Shown here: one piece after another, positions 1 to 12,691 of the stretch
Layout of the letters: each line of letters opens with the position of its first letter
Numbering within the stretch: position 1 is the stretch's first letter
Assembly: GCA_964016885.1 (NCBI GenBank)
Contig: OZ024740.1
Coordinates: forward strand, 320,974,001-321,038,000
Reading direction: 5' to 3'
Source of the DNA: Eledone cirrhosa
Taxonomy: Eukaryota
DNA: 64,000 nucleotides
Translations under genes and position numbers: made by a program
Notes under the pieces: generated by a model
The model's database searches: none
Told to the model about the DNA's origin: nothing
The model's input: the letters and a program-made list of their open reading frames with translations, nothing else

Positions 1-54
1 CACTCTACTTCTCTCTTATGATATCTATGTAATGGGAGATGGTATCAGAACTGT

Positions 55-245
55 TCATATTCTCTCTCCTCTACTATTATCACAATTTACTACTAACCAC
101 CATTCTTTCTCCTCTATTATCACCACAATTTACTACTAACCACCATTCTCTCTCCTCTACTGTCATTACAGTTTACAACTAGCCATCATTCTCTCTTCTT
201 CATTTAATCCCCACCACTGTCACCACAATTTACTGCCATCATTCT
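55..245. repeat. Degenerate ~44-bp tandem repeat (about 4 copies)
   Basis: The unit cattctctctcctctac..atcaccacaatttactactaaccac recurs with divergence. Confidence 0.6.
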
Positions 246-1644
246 GTGCCCCTGTATCACCTGTCATTAACATCCACTACTTTTTCTTACCGTCGCTCAG
301 ATCTATTGCTATCCATCACATTGTTTTTGATCATCACCTTGCACTACACTCTTTGTTGACATGCATCACTCTGTCTCCTCCAGTATGTAACGGCCTATCA
401 CTGTCTCTCTTATATTACTCCCTCCCATATCTGTCCTTCTCTTGCTGTGTTACCTCCATCATATTCATAATCTGAGATTCAGCTATGAGACCAAGGATGT
501 CTGCATACAGGAGTTTGTAGAGACAACCAATTTTAAACTCTTCTTTGATCTAAATGTTAAATTCCTCACTGAACTCATTACTAAATCTCACTTTGCTGAC
601 AGCATCTCTATAAATGGCTCTAACATTCATTTACATCTTGTTTACTTAATGACCACCTGTTACTCTGTCAAAGACTCTCTCCAGGTTAATGAATTCTTGA
701 TATTGGGACTTATTCTTTGCTAAAAATGTCTGTTGTGTCACTAAGAAGAAGGTATCAGTGGTGCCCTGACATGACACAAACCCAAATCATCATCATCTTT
801 TTCCATGTTTTCCATGCTGGCAAAAGTTGGACTGGTTGTGACAGAAAGGTTAGGGAAAGCACATCTTGTTCATATGTTACATATTTTGGCAAAGGTGTTT
901 ATGGCTGGAGGCCCTCCATAATGCCAATCACTTTGCTGAGTGTACTAGATGCATTTTATTGTTGCACCAACACTATCACTTTATAGACTGTACTGGGGTC
1001 ATTTTATCAAGGCACTACTGCTACCACTTTGCTGAGTGTACTGGGTCCATATTATCATTTCACCATCACTACCAAATTATATGTTATTCGTGATAATTTT
1101 CCTTACTTTCATAACTTGATTCATCACTTTGATGCCTCTCATTCTCACATTGGTAAATCTCTCTCCTTGTTAAGTGAACTTGACATCTGGCTTCTCTTCT
1201 CGCAACCTATTATTCCTTGCACCACCCCTCTAATTTTCCCAGTCCCAGATCTGTTCGTCATGGCAACGACACCAGTGAATATTATGATGGTGGTGATGTT
1301 GATGTCATTTTTCTGCTCTGTTGACAGTGTATAGTGATTATAACAGATTTTTGTAAATAAATTTAACCCTTTAGCATTTCAATTACTTTATATATACTAT
1401 TGTATACAATTTTTACTTCACATAATATGGAATCTATGAGATTTTGATATTATTTATTTTGACAATACTTTAACATCAGTATGAGTGGCCAGTTTGAACA
1501 GAGAAAGGTGAGAATTCTTGCTGGACACAGCTGGTTTAAATGCTGAAGGTTAAAATTCCTGTGGCGGGTGGTTGTAACTGCTATAGATATTTTCTTTCGA
1601 TATGTATTTTTAGTAACTGAATTGTGTGTTTCTTTTTCCTGCAG

Positions 1645-1872
1645 GAATATGAACAACTTACAAACAAAATTCATGATTTCCAGTTAAAAGAGCAGCAGCT
1701 GTTAGATAAAGTGTTTATTCCGTCAAGTGAAACTGAAGATGAAGAAGACGAAGAAGAAGAAGAGAAGTTACCTTCACCTACCAACAGTTCCACATCTAGT
1801 CCAAAGCTGCTATTGAAATCTCCTGTCAGGTCCACCATAAAGGTATTACTCCCTAATGCACAATTCACACGG
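1645..1872 (+). CDS. BRAF: Raf kinase exon (first in window): BRS helix, acidic linker and start of RBD
   Basis: Acceptor tttttcctgcag, donor GTGAGT; 228 nt, phase 0-0. Encodes EYEQLTNKIHDFQLKEQQLLDK...IKVLLPNAQFTR, matching B-Raf YEEYTSKLDALQQREQQLL...VRVFLPNKQRTV. Confidence 0.93.
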
Positions 1873-3729
1873 GTGAGTTAGCTTTTTCTTCTTCCTTTTT
1901 CCTCCTCCTCCTTCCTCATCATCGTCATCATCATTTAATGTCTGTTTTCCACTGTTAGCAACGGTAAGGAGGGTCATTAGAAACCAAGTCAATACTTAGT
2001 CAATACCACGGACATCTCAGACGGGCCAGGGGCTGCGTCACACTTGCACATGCTCCCCCATTTGACTGAGTGCATTTCTTTGTGATACCAGCACTAGGGA
2101 GGTTGTCATGTCTTAACCATGACTGAAAAGTCCTCATGGCCCTTTGATTAACAAATTTTCTAGGGCTCGATGCCTCTCCTATCACTAACTACTCTACAGA
2201 GTTTACTTGGTGCATTTTATCATGACACCAACATTAGAGATGTTGTCATGCCCTTGACACAACTGAAGAGTCCTCTCAACCTTTCTTGATCAATTTAAAA
2301 AAAATATTTTATGAACTTCTGTTTAGCTCATACATCATCATCATATGTCCACTTTCCATGCTGGATTAGAGACTAGATGGGTTGGAGAACCACGTCTTGC
2401 TAATTCCATATTTGGCATGTTTTTTATGGTTGGATTTTCTTCCTAACACCTACCACTGCATACATTTTATTGTGGCTACCAGCACTAGTAGGGTTACTAT
2501 GTCCTCAGTAAGACTAACGGGGTCCTCTCAACTCTACATTACCTCTCTTTGATTGTTAACACTTTACAGAGTGTACTGCATGCATTTTATTGTGGCACCA
2601 GCACTAGAAGGGTCATTATGTCCTCAGCAAGACTAAAGGTGTCCTCTGAACCCAATATTATTTCCCTTTGATTGCTACCACTTTACACAGTATAATGGGT
2701 GCATTTTCTTGTGGCACAAGCCCTAGTATGTTTGCCTCAGATCTTATGCCCCTGTTCACTCAAGACAAAGTAATAAAAAGACTTAATAAAATGCTTACTT
2801 GATATAAGTCTGTAAAGTTTCTTTAGTTTCATTAATTATGTATTATATACCAAACTATACATACTTTTTTTAAGTATATGACTATACTTATACATTGCTT
2901 GTGTATAGTATATTTATATTATCATTATTTGCCTTTCATCCTTCCAGGGCTAGTAAATGACTGAAATACTGGAAGTTGATATAATCTACTTTCCCCTCTT
3001 CATCATCATTGTTTAACGTTCACTTTCCACGTTAGCATGGGTTAGACAGGTTGTCTCATTTGAGTCAGGTGACCATGTCCTGCTCATACAGAACTATTTC
3101 TGGCTTGATTTCTATGGCTGGATGCCCTTCCCAATGCCAACCACATTTACAGCGTGGACTGGGTGCTTTTTGTTGTGACACCTACACGACTACTTTATTT
3201 TTGTTATTATATTCATGCCCTTAGAAGGATTTAACAAAATATTTGAATAAAGAAAGTATATCTTATACACCAGTAAATATGGCTGTAAAACTCTGCTGTT
3301 TGGGATTGCTCTATATAGTGTGAATCTTCCACTGTTTCAGGTTGGATACACACATAGTTTCATGTGACTGGCCCTGCTGGGGCATGTAACTTAGTAAGGA
3401 TTGTTATCTATAGACTTTGGATAATAACACTTCAAATTGAAAATTCCCAAATAATGCATACATTCTTCTTTTTAATTCTATTTAATAAGCTTTTCTATTG
3501 GCTAGTTGAACCTAAACATAAATTTATGCTAGGTATTTCACTATTCCTAAATGTTCTTATAATCTCTTACATATTGGTTAAAGTTTCAATGTGTATGTCC
3601 CATCTTTGACTCATGTAATGCTTTAAGCATCTCATCTTACACATCATCATACATGCTAGCTTTTCTCTGTAGTGAATATACAATTGTTCTAAACTGTGGT
3701 GGTTTGGAAAATAAATATATACATATATA

Positions 3730-6160
3730 CCACGTCTGAACACAATGGAACCAAACTCCCACTCTCATTGCCTCTGTCTCTCCCGCTCTCCCCATTTCTC
3801 ACTATTATAAGCAAACAGAGCTCTACACGCTGGCCGCCTTGCACTACAACTTCAGTGCTGAAATAGGGATTTACTTACTCTACCACCCTTACTGCCACAC
3901 TCCACCTCATACTATCTCTAACGCATATTGTCTATATGCTTCAGCTTGTTCCTGTGGGAGGTCGGGTCTTCTGTATTACTGCGTGACGCCAGAGGTCACG
4001 GTCGTGTGTCATTGCCCTTGAGAGGTGCAATTGGGTAAGGTCGGCCTTTATCACCTCATCCCAGGTCTTCTTGGGTCTCCCCACTCTACGGCTTCCATCG
4101 ACTTCTAGTGCTCTGCACCTTTTTATGCAGCTGTCATCCTTCATACGCATCACATGTCCATACAAACGTATCCTCCTGTCCTGCACACAGCATTTGATTC
4201 CTCTTATGCTCAGTCTCTCTCTCAATTCATTTATGCTTTGTCGTTCGCGTATATTACTATTACACATCCATCCGAGCATGCAAGCTTCGTTTCTTTCTAA
4301 TCTGTGCAAGTCTTCTACTGACAGTGCTCGGGTTTCACTAACATGTAACATTGCTGTTCGTATGCACGCATCATACAGTCTGCCTTTCATTTGAGGAAAA
4401 AGCCTTTTGCAACTAGCAGTGGCAGTAGTTCCCTGAACTTCTTCCATCCCGTTCTTACCCTAGTTATTGTACTTTCCGAACACCCACTTCCGCTGCTAAT
4501 TCGGTCACCTAGGTAGCAGAAGCTGTCGACTGTTTCTACAGAGCCCTCCCAGAGTTTGGTGGTGCTTGTTTCCTGTGGTCGTTTGCTGCTTGCTGTCCCA
4601 GCGCAGTTGCTACATATGAAGCCTACATTCTTAGTTAAACTTCCTGAGATCCCACTACATCTCTTGTATACCCATTGTTTGCATTTGGGACAGAGGATGG
4701 AGTTCCTACCTACACCTTTCCTACATACTGAGCAAGGCCATTTCCCTGAGGGGATCTGGGTTCTGTTTTCTCGTCTACTTACAAGAACCTTAGTCTTTGT
4801 CAGGTTGACTTTGAGACCCTTTCTTTCTAGTACCTGCTTCCATGTTTGGAATTTCTTCTCTAGTTCCACCATGGATTCAGCTATAAGTGCAAGATCATCC
4901 GCATATAGGAATTCCCATGGGCATCCAGTCTTAAACTCCTCCGTTATTGCCTGCAAAACTATAATGAACAAGAGAGGGCTAAGAACAGAGCCCTGGTGGA
5001 CACCGACCTGTATGCTAAATTCCTCGCTATAGTCTTTGCTGACTGCTCCTCTATACATGGCTTGTACAGCTTTCACAAGCCATTCATATACTCCTAATTT
5101 TCTAAGAGCCCACCAGATTATAGCATGGGGGACTCTGTCGAAGGCTTTTTCCAGATCGACGAATGCCAGGTAGAGCGGCTTACTTTTAGCTAGGTACTTT
5201 TCCTGGTACAAACCCAAATTGCATCTCATCTAGTTTCACCCAGTCCCTAATCAACTGTACTATAACTCTTTCCGTTACTTTCATGACCTGTCTATCAGCT
5301 TTATACCTCTAGTTTCCTCTATCTAGTGCATCACCTTTACCTTTGTAGCCGTTGACAATGATGCTGCTGCACCAATCCTTTGGTATGACACCTTCTAGTA
5401 TTACCTGGTTAACAATACGTGTGGTTATAGTGTGACCTACAGACCCAGATGCCTTCAGCATCTCGGCAGCTATACCCGATGGACCGGTTGGCTTCCCTGT
5501 CTTCATATCTTTGATTGCCTTACTTACTACACTGCTGCTGACTTGTGCTGCTGGCCCCTCTATAGGGTCCGCTTGGGGTAGGGTCTCTTCTTCCCATGCA
5601 TTCTACTCGTTTAGTAATCTTTCATAATGGCTCTTCCACGCAGCTTTCTTCTCGGCACTTGTGATGGCAAGCTCACCATTATCATTCTGGATACACTTCT
5701 TTCCATGCCTGTCTCTTAGCCTTAATTGCCTCATCTACCTTATTGTTCCACCACCAAGTCACTCTCCTCCTCTCTGTGGATGTGCTCCAACCACAGATCT
5801 CGTCTGTCGTCTCTAGTAAGTTATTTTTTAGGAACTCCCAATGCTCTTCTACATTGAATGTCTCTATCTGTTCTTCTTTACTGTCATAGGCGTCGAGTAG
5901 AATATCTTTAAACCTGTTACTGACTGAGGGGTCTTTCAACTTCCAGATCTTTCTTCTCCAGGTTGCCTTCTGTTTCCAAGTTCGTCTAGTTTCGACAGCG
6001 AGGTCGCTGATAACTAAGTTATGTTGGGAGGTACATTCCTCACCAGAAAAGGCTTTTGTGTTTACAACCGTCCATCTATCACGCCCTCTGATGAGGATAA
6101 AAATCTATCTGACTAGAATGCTTCTCTGATCTATAGGTGATCAGATGGTTGTTGGGTTTT
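3730..6160 (-). mobile_element. RTE-clade LINE, 5'-truncated within the endonuclease and frameshifted
   Basis: ORF pieces 5682-5939, 5309-5506, 4387-5229 and 3941-4447 carry FVDLEKAFDRVP, GVHQGSVLSPLLF, YADD, a Cys-rich finger and RLYGHVMRM...GRPKKTW. The APE end QHNLVISDL lies near 6000-6026. Confidence 0.93.
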
Positions 6161-6628
6161 TTGCTGGATGCATTTATTTGTGGATCAGCACTAGAGAGGT
6201 TGTCATGACCATTGCGTGACTAAAGAATCCTATCAACCCTTTTAACATGGTTTTTACAGCTGGTTATCCTTCTAAATGTATACCTGATTTCCAAATTGAG
6301 TAGGTTAGAGTTGAACAATTGTATTAAGGACACTGCATAATGAATGTAACTAATGTTTTAATGACTGTGGACGTACTCCAAGCATTTTAAAGCAATTTTT
6401 CCTACTATATGCAAGGGTTAGTCTTACAGGCACCATGACAAGTTTCTCTATTTTGCCATAGTGTCTGTGGTGTGAGAGTGAAGTGAAGACAGAAGTTCAA
6501 GTGTGTTCGAGTGGTGTCTTGATTTCAATTTAACTACTATAAACTTGAAATTTTATAAACATATTAATTTGTTAAATAATTACTCAGTTGATTTTTTTTG
6601 CTTTCTTTTTCTTCCCCATTTCTTCTAG

Positions 6629-6738
6629 GTTCACGTGAAACCTGGGGTCACCCTCAAAGGAAGTCTTGCTAAAGCTATGAAGTTGCGTGATTTTGAGCCT
6701 GACAGATGTCTGGTATTTATACAGAAGCCATGTCCCAG
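6629..6738 (+). CDS. BRAF: Raf exon, Ras-binding domain
   Basis: Acceptor tttcttctag, donor GTGAGA; 110 nt, phase 0-2. Encodes VHVKPGVTLKGSLAKAMKLRDFEPDRCLVFIQKPCP, keeping the Arg equivalent to C-Raf R89. Confidence 0.93.
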
Positions 6739-6837
6739 GTGAGATTTGAAATCATTGTAGACCTTAATGAATTTCTGTTTATTTGTTGCTCAGTAATATA
6801 TTATCTATATCATCTTCATTATTTATATGGGTAGATT

Positions 6838-7020
6838 GGCGGTGGATTGGCAGTATCGATAGAGGGTCGGACGCCATGCTTTGGCGCATAGAGTTGCGGC
6901 CCTTGCCATTCTGAGTTCAAATCCCGCCGAGGTTAACTTTGCCTTTCATCCTTACGTGGTTGATAAAATAAAGTACCAGTAATGCACTGGGATAATTGCT
7001 GGCCTTGTGCCAAAAGTAAA
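6838..7020 (+). mobile_element. tRNA-derived SINE with a Meta-like central domain; family has many partial copies
   Basis: tRNA-like head, B-box GAGTTCAAATCCC, then GAGGTTAACTTTGCCTTTCATCC..GATAAAATAAAGTACCAG. The same body recurs near 7800, 12080-12130, 23250, 30720, 45870, 50790 and 61020. Confidence 0.75.
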
Positions 7021-7197
7021 AACAATTATTTACACCGGTAGGAATTATTAGTTTAGATTTTGATTTTCTTTTTTTTTTCTTTTTCTATTCTGAAAGAAAA
7101 AAAATTATACATCTACTAATTTTTTATATTGATTCAATAAATTTTTTTTTTAATTTGAGATATCTAGAAAAAAAATTTTTTGTTTGTTTTTTTCCAG

Positions 7198-7306
7198 GAA
7201 ATTCATTCCATGGGATGTCGATCTCTCTATGCTAACAGCCGAGGAACTTTCTGTTGAATTCATCAGCCAACATCTCCCCACAGATAAGCCTTTATGCCAC
7301 AATTAT
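7198..7306 (+). CDS. BRAF: Raf exon, end of RBD and first Zn-ligand His of C1
   Basis: Acceptor ttttttccag, donor GTAAGT; 109 nt, phase 2-0. Encodes KFIPWDVDLSMLTAEELSVEFISQHLPTDKPLCHNY, matching B-Raf [23 protein letters not shown]...HNF. Confidence 0.95.
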
Positions 7307-7889
7307 GTAAGTATTTATGTGTTAGCAGGTTTTTTAATTATGTCTCATGCTACATTAGCACAGTGTAACATAATGATTTTTGAGGTATTTGAAGGGATGC
7401 TCATGGTGGGAACACCATTGATTAGAGCTGACCTGGGGCTAAACATCTAAAACAATAACAATGGCATAGAGTCAATCACAATAGGAAGAAATCCCATCAA
7501 ACTGAATGCATAGCCCTCAACAGAGCAGAAATATGATCTAAATGTTTCTTGCAGGAAACTCCCATGACACAAATTTAAATAGCTGCCTATCTCTCTTTTC
7601 TACTGTCACAGGAGATGTAAAACAATGTGATATTCAACTTCTTTACAATGAAGAGAAAAGAAATATTGATTTGAGATTTTAAAAAAATTATTATTGATAA
7701 ATTCAAATTTTTCTCTTGATTGTTCATTTTAACTGTGAATTGGTAATCATTAATCTGTCAGATGCCTTGGTATTTGTTCTGGCTCATTGTGTTGTAAGTT
7801 GAAATCTCAGCTGGATCAACTTTGCCTTTCATGCTTTTGAGGCCAATGATAACAACACAGTATTGTTACTGCTGTATTTCTTCCAACAT

Positions 7890-8020
7890 GAAGGCACATG
7901 GCTTAGTGGTTAGAGCATTGAGCTTGAAATCGGGAGATTGGGAGTTCAATTCTTGGACTGGGTGATGCATTGTGTCCTTGAGCAAGATGCTTTATTTCAC
8001 ATTGCTCCAGTTTACTCAGC
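7890..8020 (+). mobile_element. Partial tRNA-head/CORE-like SINE
   Basis: A-box-like TGGCTTAGTGG, B-box-like GAGTTCAATTC and GTGTCCTTGAGCAAG; same family as 38675-39096. Confidence 0.7.
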
Positions 8021-8670
8021 AGTTGCCTTTCCCTTGGACATCATTGGTGGCGTGGAGAGGGGAGACTGGTATGCATGGGTGGCTGCTGGTCTTCCACAAA
8101 CAAACTTGTCTGGACTTGTGCCTCGAAGGGCAACATTCTAGGTGCAAATCCCATGGTCATTCGTGACCAAAGGGGGTCTTTACCTATTCCAGCATAGCTG
8201 AATGTTTTAAGAAGTTCACTCCACAATCATTAAGTCCTGGGTTCTATCTCATTGCATGACACCTCGAACAAATGTCATTAACCATAATCCCAAGTTGACC
8301 TAAGACTCGTGAAACTAGGTAGGTGGTGACTGTTTGGAAACCTGTTGGATGGACTGTACCTGTAATTTCAAAGAGCCAGCTTTGTCACATTATGTTGCAC
8401 TGAAACTTGTTGAGAATTGTCTTTAAGAGTCTGTGGACTTCTCAACCACATGTTAATTTCACAAGCAGGTTGTTCCATTGTTAAAATAAATGGAACACTC
8501 ATCATAAAAAATGATGGACATCTATTCTTATTCTTTCTCTGTAATTTTTCCTGACACCAATCATCACGTAGCACCATTTCTATTCTTTATTTTCCCCCCA
8601 TATAAATTTGTTTTAAAATAATTAGTATTGAGTCTATATGGAGTTTAATAATGTCAATTAATTTTTGTAG

Positions 8671-8870
8671 GTAAGGAAGACATTTTTTACTATAGCTTTC
8701 TGTGATCTGTGCAGAAAGTTGTTGTTCCATGGTTGTTATCGCTGTGCAACTTGTGGCATACGCATGCATCAACGTTGTATACACCGGGATTACAGCTACT
8801 GCGATGGCGGTGACGATTATCATTCACATTATGGTAGTCCAGATAGAATTTCAGAACCATTCTACAATCA
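8671..8870 (+). CDS. BRAF: Raf exon, cysteine-rich C1 domain
   Basis: Acceptor atttttgtag, donor GTAAGT; 200 nt, phase 0-2. Encodes [44 protein letters not shown]. Confidence 0.95.
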
Positions 8871-9307
8871 GTAAGTAAAGAGTATTTTGTTTGACACTAA
8901 AATTACAATACATCATCATCATCACCATTTAACATCCATTTTTCCATGCTAGCATAGGTTAGACAAGTTGTCCAGATGTGAGCCAAGCCAGAGCAGATGA
9001 CCGTCTCCAGCCCACACTGGACCGATTTTTGCATGGTTTCTACACCTGGATGCCCTTCCTAATGCCAACCACATTTACAGTGTGGACTGGGTGGTTTTTG
9101 TCGTGACATCATCATCATCATCATTATGCTGATTCTCCTTGATAATTACCTTAACCCTTTAGCATTTAAACCTGCTGTATCCGGTATATTGGGAAAGAAA
9201 CACTGTTTTGATTCAAGTTAGTTCTTCACTTTTTCTCCTTACTATTCTTTATAAGTTCCATTTTGTAAACAATTAAATTATACTCCATATTACATAAAAA
9301 TCCTTAA

Positions 9308-9371
9308 CCCTTTAGCATTTAGTATTGTGAAACTCTAATAGTATATATAGAGTAATGTAAATGCTAAAGGG
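9308..9371. mobile_element. Minimal piggyBac-like MITE
   Basis: TTAA|CCCTTTAGCATTTA...TAAATGCTAAAGGG|TTAA: terminal inverted repeats with TTAA flanks. Related termini at 1362, 9151 and 22500. Confidence 0.7.
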
Positions 9372-9543
9372 TTAAAGGTACATATGTCTATAGAATACTA
9401 GGCCACCAAAGATTAATTTCACTGGTAGTCTGTTCCTTTGATTTAACAACTGCATCACTTATCACCAAAATCAAAAGAGGACAATTCAATTCCAGTCAAT
9501 TTTGTCTTCCAAATTAGTACTTGGTAATGTATTTAATGATTAA

Positions 9544-10952
9544 CCCTTTAGCAATTAAACCGGCTGTAGCCGACCAGAATTCTCTTACCTTTTCTGTTCA
9601 AACCGGTCGTAACTAGCTATTCATACTGATGTTAAGGTATTGTTCTCAAAATAAATAATATCAAAATCTCATAGATTCGATATTGTGTTAGGTAAAGCTT
9701 TACCAGGAAAATATCATCGTCATCATCATCGTTTAACGTCCATCTTCCACGCTAGCATGGGTTTGGACGGTAATTTTCCCACTTGAGGCAAGATTGGTTG
9801 TCTTGCTTGTATAGGACTGTCTGGCGGGTTTTCTACGGCTGGATGCCCTTCCTAACACCAACAACGTTTACAGTGTGGACTGGGAGCTTTTTACCGTGTT
9901 ACCTACACGGCCAGATTACAGCGTGGACTGTGTGTTTTTTTGTCGTGACACCTACACGACCTCATTCATTTTGGACTGGATGGTGTGGTACCAACATGAC
10001 TTAACATCGAAAGGGGGTGGTGTGGATGGGGTGGGGGTAGTGGGACGGGGGTGTATTTTGGTAAGAGGTGCCTACTGACTGTAGGTTTCGCTTTGCACTT
10101 AGGCAAGGCGGGTTTTCTGTATTACTGCGTAGCGCCAAAGATCTCGGTCCAGTAATATTGTCTTGGAGAGGTGTAAGTGTATGAGGTCGGAATTTATCAA
10201 GTCGTCCCAGGTTTTTCTGGGTCTGCCTACTCCATGGCTACCGTCTATTTTGATCGGCCTGAACTTTTTTATACAGCTGTCGTCTTTCATGCGCATCACG
10301 TGACCATACCAACGTAGTCTTCTCTCGAGTAAACAGCATCTGATCCCTCTTATTCCTAATTTCTCACTTAGTTCATTTATGCTTTGCCGTTCACGTATAT
10401 TACTATTACACATCCAACGGAGCATGCAAGCTTCGTTCCTCTCCAGTCTGCGTAGATCCTCTGCATACAATGCCCAAGTCTCACTGCCATGTAACATTGC
10501 TGTTCGTATGCAGGCATCATACAGCCTGCCTTTCATTTTTAGAGAGAAACCTTTAGCGGCCAATAGTGGTATAAGCTCTCTGAACTTTTCCAATCCCGTT
10601 CTGACTCTAGCTACTGTACTTTCAGAGCACCCTCCACCACTGCTGATTTTGTCACCCAGGTAATGGAAGGTGTCCACTATTTCTATAGAACCATCTGCGC
10701 AATGGAATGGGCTAGTATTTTGTGGGCACTTGCTGCTACTTATTACACCTGAGCACCGGCCACATATAAAATCTATATTCCTAGTTAGCTTACCTGTGAT
10801 CCCACTACATCTTTTATGCACCCATACTTTTGCATTTGGGACATAAAATGGAGTTTCTGCCTACTCCTTTCCTACACATTGAGCATGGTCATTTCCCAGA
10901 TGGGACCACTGAAATATGATAGTAAATATAGAGTAATGTAAATGCTAAAGGG
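9544..10952. mobile_element. piggyBac-like MITE interrupted by an RTE insertion
   Basis: TTAA|CCCTTTAGCA at 9540 and TGCTAAAGGG|TTAA at 10956. An uninterrupted homologous body occurs at 22325-22517. Confidence 0.75.
9714..10908 (-). mobile_element. 5'-truncated RTE LINE with 3' UTR and (GAT)n tail
   Basis: ORF 10099-10821 encodes the RT C-terminus (RRLRWYGHVMRM, GRPRKTW). The 3' UTR ends ggacgttaaacgatgatgat; imperfect TSD aaatat(c/g)at. Confidence 0.92.
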
Positions 10953-12691
10953 TTAAGGATTTGAGGATCTGTTATTGAAATAGCATCTATTATGTTATCT
11001 TTGGATCTTTTTTATTTAATGGTTTTGTGAAATATAAAATTTTAAAATGTCTTGTTTTGTTCAGTCTATCATGTGAAATTTTGTGAATTTCCAACTTTAG
11101 CTACATTGAGAATTGACACATTCTTAACCCTTTTGATATCATCCAACCTGAAACCATCCCTAGTTCTATCATACAAAGCTGTTTACTTTGAAGTCATCAT
11201 AATTTTTATGTCCGTTTTTCCATGCTTGCATGGGTTGAACGGATCCTTCTCAGCACCTCAGTTTTCCACACTTGCCACGTTCCTTCATCATATCCTCTGT
11301 GAATCTCAACGATTTGAGGTCAGCTCTCATCACTTCTGTCCAGGTCTTTCTTGTTCTACTTCTACTGCGGCTTCATACCACTAGGGGTTTTCTGGTACTT
11401 CTTCACCCATATTTAAAAAAAAACTTTTTGTCATAATTTTCTGTAAAAACCTTTGATAAATTAGGTTTCAAATATCAGCTTAATAATGAAGTTATTACTA
11501 AATCCTGCCAATTCTTTTATTATTTTAAAAATTATTTAAAAATCATTGGTAGTATTTTTCATTAGAAATATAGTATCAAAAGTATAAAATTCATAGTGAT
11601 TTTATTGCTTTGGTTCAAATACTCTGCCATATTTTCCTGGCTGGTTGAACTTCTTTGATTTATTTGAAGTTTTACCGTCTACCACATTTTATGTAGTTAG
11701 ATTTGATTTTATTCTTCAGTCGTGTAATTTAACTTCAGAATTATGTTTTCATTACAAGTTCTTAATTTTCATCATTATCATCAGCATCATTAAATATTTG
11801 TTCTTCCATGTTAGTATGGGTTGGATTGGTCGTTAGTGACCAAATCACTACTTATACAGCTGCTGTCCTCCTAGACAGGTTGTGGGCCATGTTTTGCTTA
11901 CCTTCAAGCTTTGGTATGGATGCCTTTCTTATCAATCACTTGTCACTTTACAAAGTAAACTATGCATTTTATCCCTTTGGAAATAATCTAGATTATATCC
12001 AATAATTCTTTTTTTCTGTAACATTGGCGTAAGGTCAGCAATTTGGAACAAGTGGAAAGTCAATTGTATCAACTTAACTGGTACTTTATTTTATCATCCC
12101 AGGAAGGATGAAAGGCAAAGTTGACTTTGGCAGGACCTCTCAATAGTAAAATTCTAATTAGTTGGAAGCCTACTTACTTTCTTTTGGTTAGTTTTAATAA
12201 CAAAAAATAAATAAATAAAACCAATGATTTGTAGATTTGTTTGAAGAATCTCATGGGTTCAATTCCTGGCCCAGGCAGTACATTGTGTTCTTAAGCAGGA
12301 TACTTTATTTTACATTATTCTTTCTGCTAGAAGTTGTGACAGGCAGATAGTATCAACATTGGAAAGATTAATTGAAACGTTGCTTCCTTGGTCCTATCTG
12401 ACAACTGGCTTCTTTACTTTTCCTTTCTTTTTTTTATTAGAAAGTATCTTTTTATCTCTAAAAAAAACTTTGGTCTTTAATGATCCTCATAATTTTCTTG
12501 TTTCTGGACTGGATGTATTGCAGACTACCTACATACATTTCTTCTTTCTAGACCATTTCCAGATGTACCTCACATACTACATCTGTTGTTTCTAAACAAT
12601 TTCCAGATCTACATCATACATTACATCTGTTGTTTCTAGACCATTTCCAGATATATCTCTTACACTACCTACATGCATGTCTTCTTTCTAG

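Noticed and set aside
442-1334. Several short plus-strand ORFs before the first Raf exon
   Set aside because: No similarity to the expected Raf N-terminal exons and they overlap decayed repeat fragments; the true 5' exons lie upstream of the window.
4071-5032. Plus-strand ORFs of 107 and 158 aa (also 10379-10663 and minus-strand ORFs at 31855-33682)
   Set aside because: Antisense shadows of LINE coding sequence.
6838-6930. tRNA-like A/B boxes (also 7890 and 38675)
   Set aside because: They continue into SINE bodies and no complete cloverleaf is evident; SINE heads, not tRNA genes.
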